Shown here: piece by piece, positions 37,509 to 47,776 of the stretch
How the letters are laid out: each line of letters starts with the position of its first letter
Numbering within the stretch: the first letter of the stretch is position 1
From: Rhabdothermincola salaria
GTDB taxonomy: Bacteria > Actinomycetota > Acidimicrobiia > Acidimicrobiales > Acidimicrobilacustridaceae
Reading direction: 5' to 3'
DNA: 64,000 nucleotides
Assembly (NCBI RefSeq): GCF_021246445.1
Contig: NZ_JAJQXW010000002.1
Location: 62,001 to 126,000 of the forward strand
Notes under the pieces: generated by a model
Databases searched by the model: none
What the model saw: only the letters and a program-made list of their open reading frames with translations
What the model was told of the DNA's origin: nothing
Made by a program: the position numbers and the translations under genes

Positions 37509-37835
37509 ATGCGCCTGCGCCACCCCGCCATCCTCGGCTTCGTCGCCCTCGCCGCCGCGGCCGCCCTGCTCGCTGGGTTCCAGCTCTGGCGGGTGGTCGT
37601 GGCCGCCCTCGCCTGCTGGCTGATCCTGCGCGTGGGCGTGTTGATGCTCGGGGGCATGGCCCGCCCGATCCCCGAGCCCCCACCCGCCGGCGAGCTGCGC
37701 AAGGTGAAGATCGCCTACCGCTGCGAGATCTGCGGAACCGAGGTCCGCATGACGATCGCGCCGGACATGGAGCCCGATCCTCCCCGGCACTGCCAGGAGG
37801 AGATGACGCTCATGACCCCCGTCGAGGACCTCTGA
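37509..37835 (+). CDS. Membrane-anchored small protein with a desulforedoxin/Zn-ribbon-like C-terminus
   Basis: Two hydrophobic helices, then YRCEICG...HCQEEM; TAGCCT -10 shortly before the ATG. Confidence 0.7.
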   Translation: MRLRHPAILGFVALAAAAALLAGFQLWRVVVAALACWLILRVGVLMLGGMARPIPEPPPAGELRKVKIAYRCEICGTEVRMTIAPDMEPDPPRHCQEEMTLMTPVEDL

Positions 37836-37944
37836 GGCGTCCCGGGCCGACCGAGCCGCCCAGGGCGACGGCCAGACGACGTCCGTGCGACGAACGTGAC
37901 AACTGGGCGGCGGGCAAGTTACATCGATGTGACCCTCCCCAGTG

Positions 37945-37965
37945 CTGTCCACAGCCTGTGGAGAG
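37945..37965. promoter_or_regulatory. Inverted pair of DnaA-box-like sites
   Basis: CTGTCCACA-GCC-TGTGGAGAG (1 and 2 mismatches to TTGTCCACA). Confidence 0.55.
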
Positions 37966-38016
37966 CACGGACGGGCCTTCTGCCGCCGGCCGAGCGCCCG
38001 GGCCGGGCCGGCGCGG

Positions 38017-38349
38017 CTAGCGGTACTGGGTGGCGGTGATGATGCCGGCCAGGATGAAGCCCAGGCCGCCGAAGAGCCACCAGTTGCTGGCCGCACCGGG
38101 CAGGAGCGCCTCGGTGTAGTGCAGGAAGATCACCACCACGCCGAGCGCGAACAGCGCCAACATCAGCCAGGGCACCCAGACGGGGCTCACCGTCTGGGAC
38201 TTGGGCACCGGCGGCGTGTAGCGGGTCGACGCCTCGGGCCCACCGGCTCCCGACGCGGGATCACCCTTCTTGGGGGACGGGCCGCCCTTGGGGGTGACCC
38301 GCCCGCCGGTGCGGCGGGTGGGAGCGGGGCGCTTGTCGCTGCTGGCCAT
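38017..38349 (-). CDS. crgA: Cell division protein CrgA
   Basis: [13 protein letters not shown], two TM helices, C-terminal TQYR; synteny with trpG/pknB. Confidence 0.88.
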   Translation of the reverse strand: MASSDKRPAPTRRTGGRVTPKGGPSPKKGDPASGAGGPEASTRYTPPVPKSQTVSPVWVPWLMLALFALGVVVIFLHYTEALLPGAASNWWLFGGLGFILAGIITATQYR

Positions 38350-38415
38350 GCCGGGAATCTACTTCGGCCCAACCCGTGCAGGGACGGCGCGGGGACACGG
38401 GTACCTTGGCGGGCG

Positions 38416-38997
38416 ATGGCCGCCCGGATCCTCGTGCTCGACAACTACGACTCGTTCGTGTTCAACCTGGTGCAGTACCTCGGGGAGCTCGGGGCCGAGC
38501 CGCTCGTCCACCGCAGCGACGAACTCACGCTCGAACAGATCGTGGAGCTCGAACCCGACGGCGTGCTCGTGTCCCCCGGGCCCGGGCGACCCGAGGACGC
38601 CGGGCTCTCCAACGACGTGATCCGCCACTTCGCCGGGCGTCGTCCCGTGTTCGGCGTGTGCCTCGGCCACCAGTGCATCGGGCAGGTCTTCGGCGGCGAG
38701 GTCGTCCGCGCCCCCGAGATCATGCACGGCAAGACCTCGCTGGTGCGCCACCACGGTCACGGGGTCTTCGCCGGGCTGCCCCAACCGCTCGAGGCCACCC
38801 GCTACCACTCCCTGGTCGTCGACCGCGCCTCGGTCCCCGACGAGCTCGAGATCACCGCCGAGACCGACGAGGGGCTGGTCATGGGTCTGCGCCACCGCAC
38901 CCACGACGTCGAAGGGGTGCAGTTCCACCCGGAGTCCATCCTCACGGCGTCCGGGCACCAGCTGGTGGCCAACTTCCTCGAGCGCTGCGAGGGCTGA
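38416..38997 (+). CDS. trpG: Anthranilate/aminodeoxychorismate synthase component II (glutamine amidotransferase)
   Basis: DNYDSF, SPGPG, GVCLGHQ, RYHSL, QFHPES. Confidence 0.93.
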   Translation: MAARILVLDNYDSFVFNLVQYLGELGAEPLVHRSDELTLEQIVELEPDGVLVSPGPGRPEDAGLSNDVIRHFAGRRPVFGVCLGHQCIGQVFGGEVVRAPEIMHGKTSLVRHHGHGVFAGLPQPLEATRYHSLVVDRASVPDELEITAETDEGLVMGLRHRTHDVEGVQFHPESILTASGHQLVANFLERCEG

Positions 38998-39063
38998 ACC
39001 CGGGTCCGGTCGGCCCCGGCGATGCCGGTCGGGCCGGCACCGGATCGTCCCCGAGGCGACGGA

Positions 39064-40914
39064 TCAGCCGCCCGCGGTGGTCGAGGTGGTGGGCGCCGTG
39101 GTGGTCGTCGTCGTGGGCGGCGCGGTCGTGGTGGTGGTGGTGGTGGTCGTCGTCGTCGTGGGCGGCGGGCCGGTCGACACGATCAGGACCACCCTGGATC
39201 CTTCGGCCACCTCGGTGCCCGAAGGCGGTTCGGTGCCGATCACGTTGCCGGCGGCGACCGAGGTCGACGGCTCCTCGCGGGTGTCGACCTGCAGCCCCAG
39301 CTGACCCAGGGTGTTGGCCGCGGCCGACGAGCTCTGGTTGAACAGGTCGGGGACGGTCACCTGCGGCGGGCCGGACGAGACGATCAGCTGCACCACCGAG
39401 CCCTTCTCGGCCATGGAGCCTCCCGCCGGGTTCTGGCTGATGACGTCGCCGGCCGGGACCTCGGAGTCGGGCTGCTCGCGCACCTCGGGCACGAACTGCT
39501 CGGTGCGCAGCAGCGATTCGGCGGCGGCGCGGGTGCGACCCGCCACGTCGGGCACCTCGACCTCGCCCAGCCCGGAGCTGACCCGCAGCACGACGGTGGA
39601 GCCGTCCTCGGCCTTGGTGTTGCCCTCCGGCGTCTGCTGGAACACCTCGCCCACGGGGCGGTCGCTGGCCTCCTCCCGGATGTCGGTGCGGAAGCCCTCG
39701 TCCTCGATGCGGGGCACGGCATCGGCGATCTGCAGGCCCACGACGTCGGGCACCGTCACCTCGGCCGAGGGCTGGTCGAGCTGCGAGCCGATGAAGAACA
39801 GGCCGGCGCCGAGCACGATGAGCAACAAGATGAGGATGGCGACGTAGAGACCGGTGCGCTTGGGCTTGTCGTCGGACGGTGGGTAGGCCGGCGTGCCCTG
39901 CCCGGGGGTGACGGGGCCCACGGGCCCGGTGGGCGGCGGGGTGAGCACCGGGCCACCGGCGCCGGTGGCGGGGACGGCCACGGTGGCATCGGCACCCGCC
40001 CCTGCGGCGGCGAGCCCGGCGGCCGCGCCGGCGGCGGCGGCCGCGGCCCCGCTCAGGGCGACGACGGGCTTGCGCTCGAGGAAGCGGCGCAGGTCGGCCC
40101 GCAGGTCTTCGGCTGAGGCGTAGCGCCCGGCGGGTGCCTTCTCGAGCGCCTTCAGGGTGACGGCCTCGAGCGCGGCGGGCACGTTGGCGTTGATGCGCGT
40201 CGGCGGGACCACCGCCTCCTGCACGTGCTTGTAGGCGATGGCCACCGGGGTGTCGCCGGTGAACGGCGGCCGGGTGGTGAGCATCTCGTAGAGCACGCAC
40301 CCGAGGCTGTAGACGTCGCTGCGGGGATCGACGGCGTGCCCTTGGGCCTGCTCCGGTGAGAAGTAGGTGGCGGTGCCCATGACCGACCCGGCCTGGGTGA
40401 GGTTGACGGCAGCCTCGCCGGCCTGGCCGGCCTGGGCGATGCCGAAGTCGGCCACCTTCACCTGACCGGCGGAGGTGATGAGGATGTTGCCGGGCTTGAC
40501 GTCGCGGTGCACCACGCCGTTGCGGTGAGCGAAGGCGAGGGCGGCGGCGCAGTCGGCCGTGATCTCGGCGGCCCGGTCGGGGTGCAGCGGGCCGTCGGAG
40601 CGGATGATCTCCGACAGCGGGCGTCCCTCCACGTACTCCATGACGATGAAGTAGGTGTCGTACTGGGCGCCCCAGTCGTAGACGGCGACCACGTTGGGGT
40701 GGTTCAGGTTGGCCGCCGCCTGGGCCTCACGCCGGAAGCGCTCGACGAAGGTCTCGTCCTTGGCGTTCTCGGCGAACAGCACCTTGACCGCCACCGGGCG
40801 GTCGAGCAGCAGGTCGCGGGCGAGGTACACGTCGGCCATGCCGCCCCGGGCGAGCTTGCGGTGCAGTTCGTAACGGTCGTTGAAGACGGTGGGCCCCGTC
40901 GGCGTGTCGGACAT
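39064..40914 (-). CDS. pknB: Ser/Thr kinase PknB (kinase, TM, 3 PASTA, Thr-rich tail)
   Basis: ARGGMA, VAVK, HRDVKPGN, DFGIA, SPEQ; three VPD-type PASTA repeats. Confidence 0.93.
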   Translation of the reverse strand: MSDTPTGPTVFNDRYELHRKLARGGMADVYLARDLLLDRPVAVKVLFAENAKDETFVERFRREAQAAANLNHPNVVAVYDWGAQYDTYFIVMEYVEGRPLSEIIRSDGPLHPDRAAEITADCAAALAFAHRNGVVHRDVKPGNILITSAGQVKVADFGIAQAGQAGEAAVNLTQAGSVMGTATYFSPEQAQGHAVDPRSDVYSLGCVLYEMLTTRPPFTGDTPVAIAYKHVQEAVVPPTRINANVPAALEAVTLKALEKAPAGRYASAEDLRADLRRFLERKPVVALSGAAAAAAGAAAGLAAAGAGADATVAVPATGAGGPVLTPPPTGPVGPVTPGQGTPAYPPSDDKPKRTGLYVAILILLLIVLGAGLFFIGSQLDQPSAEVTVPDVVGLQIADAVPRIEDEGFRTDIREEASDRPVGEVFQQTPEGNTKAEDGSTVVLRVSSGLGEVEVPDVAGRTRAAAESLLRTEQFVPEVREQPDSEVPAGDVISQNPAGGSMAEKGSVVQLIVSSGPPQVTVPDLFNQSSSAAANTLGQLGLQVDTREEPSTSVAAGNVIGTEPPSGTEVAEGSRVVLIVSTGPPPTTTTTTTTTTTTAPPTTTTTTAPTTSTTAGG

Positions 40915-40959
40915 ACGGCCGCCACACTACCGATGGCCCCCCTGGCCACCGGGGCACCC

Positions 40960-42432
40960 TCAGGGACGGGCCAGCGCAGCCTCGAGGACGGCCCGGGCGA
41001 TGGGCCCGGCGACGCGACCGCCGGTGGCCTCGCTGCCGCCGTCCTGGTCCAGCACCACCACGGCGACAGCCACGGTGGCGGGTTGGCCCGGCGGGCCCGC
41101 GAACCCGATGATCCAGGTGTGGCTGCGGGGCGGATCGGTGCCCAGCTGGGCGGTGCCGGTCTTTCCGCCCACCTCGAACCCGGGGATGCGCAGGGCAGTG
41201 GCGGTGCCGTCCTCGACGACGCCGATCATGTCGACCCGCATGGTCTCGGCGTTGGTCGGCGACAGCGGGGTGAGCCAGGGCTCCGGGTCGGCCTCGTCGA
41301 CGAGGCTGCCCTGGCGGTTGCGGATCTCGGTCATGAGGTGGGGCCGCATCATGGTGCCCCCGTTGGCGACGGCCCCCGCCACCATCGCCATCTGCAACGG
41401 GGTGGCCTGGACGTCGCTCTGCCCGATGGAGGACTGCGCCAGCTTGGGCGGGTTGGACACCACGTCGGGGGGGAAGAACGACTGGGCCGGAGCCGGCATG
41501 TCGATCGGCACGTCGCGGTTGAAGCCCCACGACTCGGATCCCTGCACCATGAGCTCGCCGCCGATGGTCTCGGTGCCCATCTGGGCGAAGGAGGAGTTGC
41601 AGGACACGGCGAGGATCTCGGGCAGCGTGCCACCGCACACCCGCCCCCCGAAGTTGGAGATGACCAGGTCGGTCTGCGGCGCCGTGTAGCCCGAGACGAA
41701 CGGGTAGGACGGCTCGTCGTTGGTGACGGTGCCCGTCTCGAGGCCGACGGACCCGGTGACCACCTTGAAGGTGGAGCCGGGGAAGTAGCGGTCCTGGTAC
41801 TGGTGGGCTCGCAGGGGCGTGCCCGGAGCCAGGTTGTACAGCGCCCAGGCCTGCTCGGTGGCCTCGATGTCGGTGCCCGACAAGGCGTTGGGGTCGAAGG
41901 TCGGGTAGCTCCAGAAGCTGAGGATCTCGCCGGTGCGTGGGTCGATGGCCACGACGGAGCCCTCACGCTCGCCGAGCTGGTCCCTGGCGATCTGCTGGAG
42001 GTCCTGGCGCACCGAGACGGTCATGTTGCCGACGTTCTCGTTGGCCACGAAGAGATCGGCGAAGCCCCGGACCTGCTGGCCGAAGGTCTGGCCGGTGAGC
42101 TCCTCGGAGTACTCGCGCTCGAGGCCCGACGCCCCGAACTGGAAGGAGAAGTAGCCGGTGACGTGGCCGAACAGCTCGCCCTCGGGGTACACGCGGAGAC
42201 GGTCGAACTCGGAGTCGACGTCGGGGTTCGGGATGCTCTCGGCCAGCAGGACGCCGTCGCCGGAGGTGATGGCGCCCCGGGCCCGGTTGAAGTCCTGGCG
42301 GATGGGGGCGGTGTTGAGGGGGTTGTTGGCCAGGTCGTCGGCGTCGATGACCTGGATCCAGTTGAGCTTGACGAAGAGCGCGACGTAGCAGAGCATCAGC
42401 GCCACCCCGAGGCGCCGGATGTTGCGGTTCAC
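40960..42432 (-). CDS. pbpA: Class B penicillin-binding protein PbpA
   Basis: STFK, SCN and KTGTA motifs; synteny. Confidence 0.92.
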   Translation of the reverse strand: MNRNIRRLGVALMLCYVALFVKLNWIQVIDADDLANNPLNTAPIRQDFNRARGAITSGDGVLLAESIPNPDVDSEFDRLRVYPEGELFGHVTGYFSFQFGASGLEREYSEELTGQTFGQQVRGFADLFVANENVGNMTVSVRQDLQQIARDQLGEREGSVVAIDPRTGEILSFWSYPTFDPNALSGTDIEATEQAWALYNLAPGTPLRAHQYQDRYFPGSTFKVVTGSVGLETGTVTNDEPSYPFVSGYTAPQTDLVISNFGGRVCGGTLPEILAVSCNSSFAQMGTETIGGELMVQGSESWGFNRDVPIDMPAPAQSFFPPDVVSNPPKLAQSSIGQSDVQATPLQMAMVAGAVANGGTMMRPHLMTEIRNRQGSLVDEADPEPWLTPLSPTNAETMRVDMIGVVEDGTATALRIPGFEVGGKTGTAQLGTDPPRSHTWIIGFAGPPGQPATVAVAVVVLDQDGGSEATGGRVAGPIARAVLEAALARP

Positions 42433-43778
42433 CCGTGCCCCCCGCCCACGGCGGGCATGGCGCCGGTGTCGGCGTCCACGGACGGCACCGTGGCCCGCCT
42501 GCGGTCGCTGATGCGCAGGAGCAGGGCCAGCAGCACGTAGTTCACCACCAGCGACGAACCGCCGTAGGACATGAACGGCAAGGTGACGCCGGTGAGGGGG
42601 AGCAGGCGGGTGACGCCGCCGATGATGAGGAAGGCCTGCACGCCGAGCAGCAGGGTGAGCCCCGTGGCGAGGAGCTTGTCGAAGGCGTGCTCGGCCAGCG
42701 AGGCGATGCGCAGCCCGGCGCCGACCATCAACAAGAAGGCGACGATGACGACGGTGCCGCCCAGCAGGCCCAGCTGCTCGACCACCACGGCGAAGATGTA
42801 GTCGCTCTCGCTGGCCGGGATGCGCACCGAGCTGCCCAGCCCCAGGCCGGTGCCGGCCAGGCCACCGAACCCCATGGCGAAGAGGCCCTGGATGATCTGG
42901 TAGCCGGAGTCGCTCGGGTCCTGCCACGGGTCGAGCCAGATGTCGACGCGCTGGCGCACGTGGCTGAAGGCGGACCACGCGAACCAGGCCCCGGCCGCGA
43001 ACAGCCCGCCGCCGAGCACGAGGAACGAGGGTCTGTCCGTGGCCACCCAGAGCATCACCACGAACAGGGCGAAGAACATCAGCGAGGACCCCAGGTCCTT
43101 CTGGTACACCATCACCACCAGGGTCACGAGCCAGGCGATGACGACCGGACCGAGGTACTTGGGATCCGGGAGGCGAAGGGGGCCGAGCTTCCACACACTG
43201 GTGGCGATGAGCTCGCGCTGGTCGGCCAGATAGGCCGCGAAGAACAGCGCCAGCACCACCTTGGCCACCTCGCCGGGCTGGAAGTTGACCGGCCCGAGGC
43301 CCACCCAGATGCGGCTGCCGTTGATCTCCCTGCCGATGCCGGGGATGAGAGGCAACAGCAGCAGGCCGATGCCCACGAGGGCGAAGGTGTAGCGGTAGCG
43401 CTCGAGGTCGCGCGGGCGCTTCACCACCACGAGGGTGGCGATGAACGCCCCGACACCGATGGCGGTCCACAACGCCTGCTGGCGGGCGAGCTCCTCGCCG
43501 GAGGGCATGTTGGGCATCGGGGGCAGGCCGGCGATGAGCACGTAGCCGAGCCCGTTGAGCACGGCAGCGACGGGCAACAGGATCGGGTCGGCGTCCGGGG
43601 CCAGGCGACGCAGCGCCACGTGGGCCCCGAGCAGCAGGCCGAGCACGATCACGAGGAAGGGCACCACGTTGGCCGGGATGCGGGCCTCGGCCCCGAGGCT
43701 GGCGAGGACGTAGGCGCCGGCGGTGATGATGACGGCCAGGAGCATCAGCCCCAGCTCGGTGTTGCGCCGGTTGGTCAC
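42429..43778 (-). CDS. rodA: SEDS family glycosyltransferase RodA
   Basis: FQPGEVAK, KDLG, SDYIF, LPLTGVTLPFMSYGGSS. Confidence 0.92.
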   Translation of the reverse strand: MTNRRNTELGLMLLAVIITAGAYVLASLGAEARIPANVVPFLVIVLGLLLGAHVALRRLAPDADPILLPVAAVLNGLGYVLIAGLPPMPNMPSGEELARQQALWTAIGVGAFIATLVVVKRPRDLERYRYTFALVGIGLLLLPLIPGIGREINGSRIWVGLGPVNFQPGEVAKVVLALFFAAYLADQRELIATSVWKLGPLRLPDPKYLGPVVIAWLVTLVVMVYQKDLGSSLMFFALFVVMLWVATDRPSFLVLGGGLFAAGAWFAWSAFSHVRQRVDIWLDPWQDPSDSGYQIIQGLFAMGFGGLAGTGLGLGSSVRIPASESDYIFAVVVEQLGLLGGTVVIVAFLLMVGAGLRIASLAEHAFDKLLATGLTLLLGVQAFLIIGGVTRLLPLTGVTLPFMSYGGSSLVVNYVLLALLLRISDRRRATVPSVDADTGAMPAVGGGHG

Positions 43779-45070
43779 GGCACGATCACCGGCCCCAGGG
43801 TGACCGGGTCGGCGGGCTCGACGGGGACGGTGGTCGTGGTGGTGGTGGTGGTCGTCGTCGTGGTCGTCGTGGTCCGCTCGTACTGCTCGACGAGGTTGGC
43901 GACGTAGCGGCGGGCGTCGTCGAGGCTGGAGGTCTCGTGGCCGGCCTCGACGTCCTGGCGGAAGGCGGCCGGCACCTGGTCGGCGTCGAGCTCGGTGGTC
44001 TCGGCCAGCTCGGGCTGGATCCACAGCACCCCGCCGGGCTTGCCCCGGTAGATGGCGACCTGGTCGCCGTCGAGCGCCACGTAGTAGGTGCCCGTGCCGG
44101 CCCACACCACCGCGCCCACGGCCACGCCGACGACCGCCAACAGGGCCACCGCGAACACCGCCACCCGCCAGGTGACGCGGCTTCGGGGGCGGTCGAGGTC
44201 GCCTCGACCCTGCCCGTCGTCCGCGCCGCTGTCGGCGACCGCCGCCTCCTCCCCGTCCCCGTCGGGCGGCCCGGCACCATCGACGCGGTCCTCCCCAGCG
44301 ACGGCGGCGGTGATGCGGGTCGCCGGGCGGGCGCCGGAGGGACCGGGCCCGCCATCGGCGAGGACATCGACGACGAGGAGCGTGATGTTGTCGCGGCCAC
44401 CGCCCTCGAGAGCCAGACGGACGAGCTCGTGCGCTGCTTCCTGGGGATCGGCGAGTCGGCGCAGCGTGGCCGCCAGCCGGTTGTCGTCGACCTCGTTGAA
44501 GAGACCATCGCTGCACACCAGGTAGCGGTCGCCCTCGACCGGGGTGATCTCCCAGGAGTCCACCATCACCTTGGTGTCGATGCCGAGCGCCCGGGTGAGG
44601 ATGTTGCGTTGGGGGTGCACGGCGGCCTCGGCCCGGGTCAACCGGCCCTGGCGCTCCATGGTGGCCACCAGGCTGTGGTCCTCGGTGATCTGGGTGAGCT
44701 CGCCGTCGGACAGCAGGTAGAGGCGCGAGTCGCCCACGTTGACCACGGCGATGGCGTCGTTGCCGTCGTCGTCGACGAGGGCCATGGCGCACAACGTCGT
44801 GCCCATGCCCTCGAGGTCGGGGTCAGCGGTGGCTTCGGCCACCACGGCCTCGTTGGCGTCCTGGACGGCTTGCACCAGGACCTCGGTGCCGGCCGAGGTG
44901 AAGCGCTCCTGCACGGTGCGCACCGCCAGCTCGCTGGCCGTGGCCCCACCGCGGTGGCCGCCCATGCCGTCGGCGACGACGAACAGCCCGTCGACGGCCA
45001 GCAGCGCGTCCTCGTTGGCCTGACGCACCCTGCCGGTGTCGGTGGCCGAACCCCAGGCGAAGCGCGTCAC
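43775..45070 (-). CDS. pstP: PP2C-type Ser/Thr phosphatase PstP
   Basis: RQANED, VADGMGGH, NVGDSR, CSDGL, GGRDNIT; TM plus extracellular part. Confidence 0.92.
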   Translation of the reverse strand: MTRFAWGSATDTGRVRQANEDALLAVDGLFVVADGMGGHRGGATASELAVRTVQERFTSAGTEVLVQAVQDANEAVVAEATADPDLEGMGTTLCAMALVDDDGNDAIAVVNVGDSRLYLLSDGELTQITEDHSLVATMERQGRLTRAEAAVHPQRNILTRALGIDTKVMVDSWEITPVEGDRYLVCSDGLFNEVDDNRLAATLRRLADPQEAAHELVRLALEGGGRDNITLLVVDVLADGGPGPSGARPATRITAAVAGEDRVDGAGPPDGDGEEAAVADSGADDGQGRGDLDRPRSRVTWRVAVFAVALLAVVGVAVGAVVWAGTGTYYVALDGDQVAIYRGKPGGVLWIQPELAETTELDADQVPAAFRQDVEAGHETSSLDDARRYVANLVEQYERTTTTTTTTTTTTTTTVPVEPADPVTLGPVIVP

Positions 45071-45552
45071 CGCAGTTCCAGCACCGTGTTGCCGACCTGG
45101 ACCCGGTCACCCCGCTGCACGACCATCGGGCCCGAGACCCGTTGGCGGTTCATCCAGGTGCCGTTGGTCGAGCCGAGGTCCTCGACCAGCCACTGCCCGT
45201 CGCGGGTGAAGACGCGGGCGTGGATCTGCGACACGTACGTGTCGTCCACGGTGATCTGACAACCGGCCGCCCGACCGATCGAGGCCTCGTTGCCCAGCGG
45301 GTAGGCGCGGCCCCGCTGGTCGGCGGGGTCCACCACCACCAGCTCGGGCACCGCCTTGGCCGCCTTCTCGGCCGCTTTGCGGGCCCGCCGGCCAGGCGGC
45401 GCCGCGGTCGGGCCGGCGGCCGGCGCAGCCGGGGCCGCAGTGGGTGCGGGTGTTCGCAGCTCGGCCCACACGGCGCGCAGCACACGGAAGAAGAACAGGT
45501 AGAGCAGCGCCAGCAGGCACAGCTTCAGGACGAAGAGCAGCTGGTCGGACAC
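45067..45552 (-). CDS. fhaB: FHA domain protein FhaB/FipA
   Basis: N-terminal TM, IGR, SQIHA, DLGSTNGT. Confidence 0.9.
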   Translation of the reverse strand: MSDQLLFVLKLCLLALLYLFFFRVLRAVWAELRTPAPTAAPAAPAAGPTAAPPGRRARKAAEKAAKAVPELVVVDPADQRGRAYPLGNEASIGRAAGCQITVDDTYVSQIHARVFTRDGQWLVEDLGSTNGTWMNRQRVSGPMVVQRGDRVQVGNTVLELR

Positions 45553-45556
45553 CCGG

Positions 45557-46216
45557 CTACGACGCCTGGAACGTGAGGCGGACGTTGCCGAAGCCGAGCT
45601 CGTCGCCGTCGCGGAGCTCCCGCTCGGTGACGCGCACCCCGTTGACCCGGGTGCCGTTGGTCGAGCCGAGGTCGACGACCACGAAGCCGTCGCCCCGCGA
45701 CTGGATCTCGGCGTGACGCCGGCTCACGTTGGGATCGACGACGGTGATGTCGCACTCCGGCAGGCGGCCGACGCTGATGGTGCCCTCCCGCAGGACGTAG
45801 CGCTCGCCGGTGGGCAACATGAGCGAGCCGGCGCCCGTGCCACCGGGGCCCTCGCGGAGCCGGGCGTCGATGTGGAAGGTGCCGGTGCGCTGTTCGGGGT
45901 CGACCACCAGCTCGGCCTCGACCGGGCCGAGGAACGCGTAGCCCTCGTCGCGGGCGTGCTCGCGAGCGGCGTCGCACAGCTCTCTACAGAGCGTGTCGGC
46001 GATGTCGGCGAAGCTGTCGTGGTCGTCGGTGGAGATGTGGATGGTGAAGGAGTTGGGGGCGACGACGCGGCCCCGGACGTCGACCGATCGGTGGTCGTCC
46101 ATCTCCCGCGTGAGGCGCCGCCCGATCTCGATCGGGCGCACGCCGCTCTTGAAGACCCGCGAGAACATGCCTTCCACGGCATGCTCGAGGCGGCGTTCGA
46201 AGCCCTTCAGTCCCAC
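45557..46216 (-). CDS. fhaA: FhaA (DUF3662 plus FHA)
   Basis: FERRLE, RPIEI, APN, SRRHA, DLGSTNGT; TAACGT -10 just before the GTG. Confidence 0.9.
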   Translation of the reverse strand: MGLKGFERRLEHAVEGMFSRVFKSGVRPIEIGRRLTREMDDHRSVDVRGRVVAPNSFTIHISTDDHDSFADIADTLCRELCDAAREHARDEGYAFLGPVEAELVVDPEQRTGTFHIDARLREGPGGTGAGSLMLPTGERYVLREGTISVGRLPECDITVVDPNVSRRHAEIQSRGDGFVVVDLGSTNGTRVNGVRVTERELRDGDELGFGNVRLTFQAS

Positions 46217-46339
46217 GGCCGACACGTTACCCAGGCTCTTGCGGCACCGGTCGCCACGGCTCCCTCCGACTCCCTGGCGCTGCCCCGCCACGACGATTCG
46301 TGGGGTCAGCCGGCTCCGGCTAGCCTGACGATTCCACTC

Positions 46340-46423
<84 letters not shown>

Positions 46424-46447
46424 CGACACGACGACGACGACACGACG

Positions 46448-46479
46448 ACGACGGCGTCCTCAGGCTTCTGAGGGCCTCG
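46448..46479. repeat. Left copy of a 32-bp hairpin-containing direct repeat
   Basis: ACGACGGCGTCCTCAGGCTTCTGAGGGCCTCG, 30/32 identical to 47777-47808. Confidence 0.85.
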
Positions 46480-46753
46480 CGCTCAGGCAACCGGGGCGGG
46501 GCTCGGTGACCGGCCGCTGGACAGCGTCTTGGACCGCCGGCGTTTGGCCATCGTCGGCCCACTCGGACTGGAGACCGGACCCAGGCGATCGGGCTGGTCC
46601 CTTCGCGTCCAACCATTCGTCGTACCTGCCCCGAATCAGGTCCTCCGCCGCCGCCAGTCCGCCGACCGGCCGAAGCGCCGGTGGGTGGTGCCCTCCCTCC
46701 GTGGCTGCGAGCGGCACCCCAGTCACGGGCGAGGAAATGATTGCCGTGCAAGA

Positions 46754-47605
46754 ATGAGCGCCATGGACGACGTGGGTCCCCTCGACTGCTTCGCCCCGGA
46801 CATCCTCGAAGGACAGACGGCGATCGTGACCGGCGGAGGCACAGGACTCGGGCGCGAGGTGGCACTCGCCCTCGCCCGGCTGGGCGCCGACCTCGTCATC
46901 GCATCGCGAGACCCTTCGAACCTGGAGGTCACCGCCCAGGAGATCGAGGCGTCGGGACGATCCTGCGTGGCCGTGCCCACCGACATCCGCGACACCGACG
47001 ACGTCGATCGACTCCGCGAGGCCGTGGTGGATCGGTTCGGCTCACCCCACATCCTCGTGAACAACGCCGGTGGCCAGTTCCCGGCCTATCCCGGCTCCAT
47101 CAGCGACCGCGGCTGGCGATCCGTGGTGGACCTCAACCTCAACGGGACATGGAACGTGATCAGTCGGATCGCGCCGCTCATGGTCGAGGCCGGCAGAGGT
47201 TCGATCGTCAACATCGTGCACATCTTCAGCTTCGAGCGCGGCGCGACAGCCTTCGTCCACTCGGGCGCAGCCAGGGCAGGCGTGGTCAACCTGACCCAGA
47301 GCCTGGCTCAGTTCGCCGGGAGGGCGGGCGTCCGGGTCAACGCCGTGGCCCCGGGCACGGTCGACACGGCGGGAATGCTCGACAACGAGGCTGGACCCAT
47401 AGAGGACATGGCGGGCCTGGCTGATCTGCTCGGTGACGTCGCCGCAGGGATCCCCGCAGGACGCATCGCCGAGACATCCGAGATCGCCTCTGCGATCGTC
47501 TTCCTCTGCACTCCCGCGAGCCGGTGGGTCAACGGCGTGGCCCTACGGGTCGACGGCGGGGAGTACGCCGGCCACTGGCCTGCCGTCGATCGTCCCGCCT
47601 GGTGA
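46754..47605 (+). CDS. SDR, peroxisomal trans-2-enoyl-CoA reductase/AtuB-like
   Basis: TGGGTGLG, NNAGGQF, HSGAARAG; many A/T-ending codons. Confidence 0.85.
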   Translation: MSAMDDVGPLDCFAPDILEGQTAIVTGGGTGLGREVALALARLGADLVIASRDPSNLEVTAQEIEASGRSCVAVPTDIRDTDDVDRLREAVVDRFGSPHILVNNAGGQFPAYPGSISDRGWRSVVDLNLNGTWNVISRIAPLMVEAGRGSIVNIVHIFSFERGATAFVHSGAARAGVVNLTQSLAQFAGRAGVRVNAVAPGTVDTAGMLDNEAGPIEDMAGLADLLGDVAAGIPAGRIAETSEIASAIVFLCTPASRWVNGVALRVDGGEYAGHWPAVDRPAW

Positions 47606-47776
47606 CGAACGAGCTGGCACGCAACGTCACGAACCCTGAGCTGCTCGGCCAGCTGTAGCGGCCCATGCACCGGGATCGAAGGGTGTGAAGCGCCGGCTCC
47701 GGACGTGTGAAGGATCAATCGGCCTGGGCTGGCGACGCCAACGACAGCAGTCCGATTGCGGTTCTCTGAGGACCCC

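Noticed and set aside
37836..38016. oriC itself
   Set aside because: Only two DnaA-like boxes, no AT-rich unwinding element and no dnaA/dnaN adjacent.
46460..46726. 88-aa ORF as a functional gene
   Set aside because: No recognisable motif or RBS, and it runs into the repeat; treated as possible debris.
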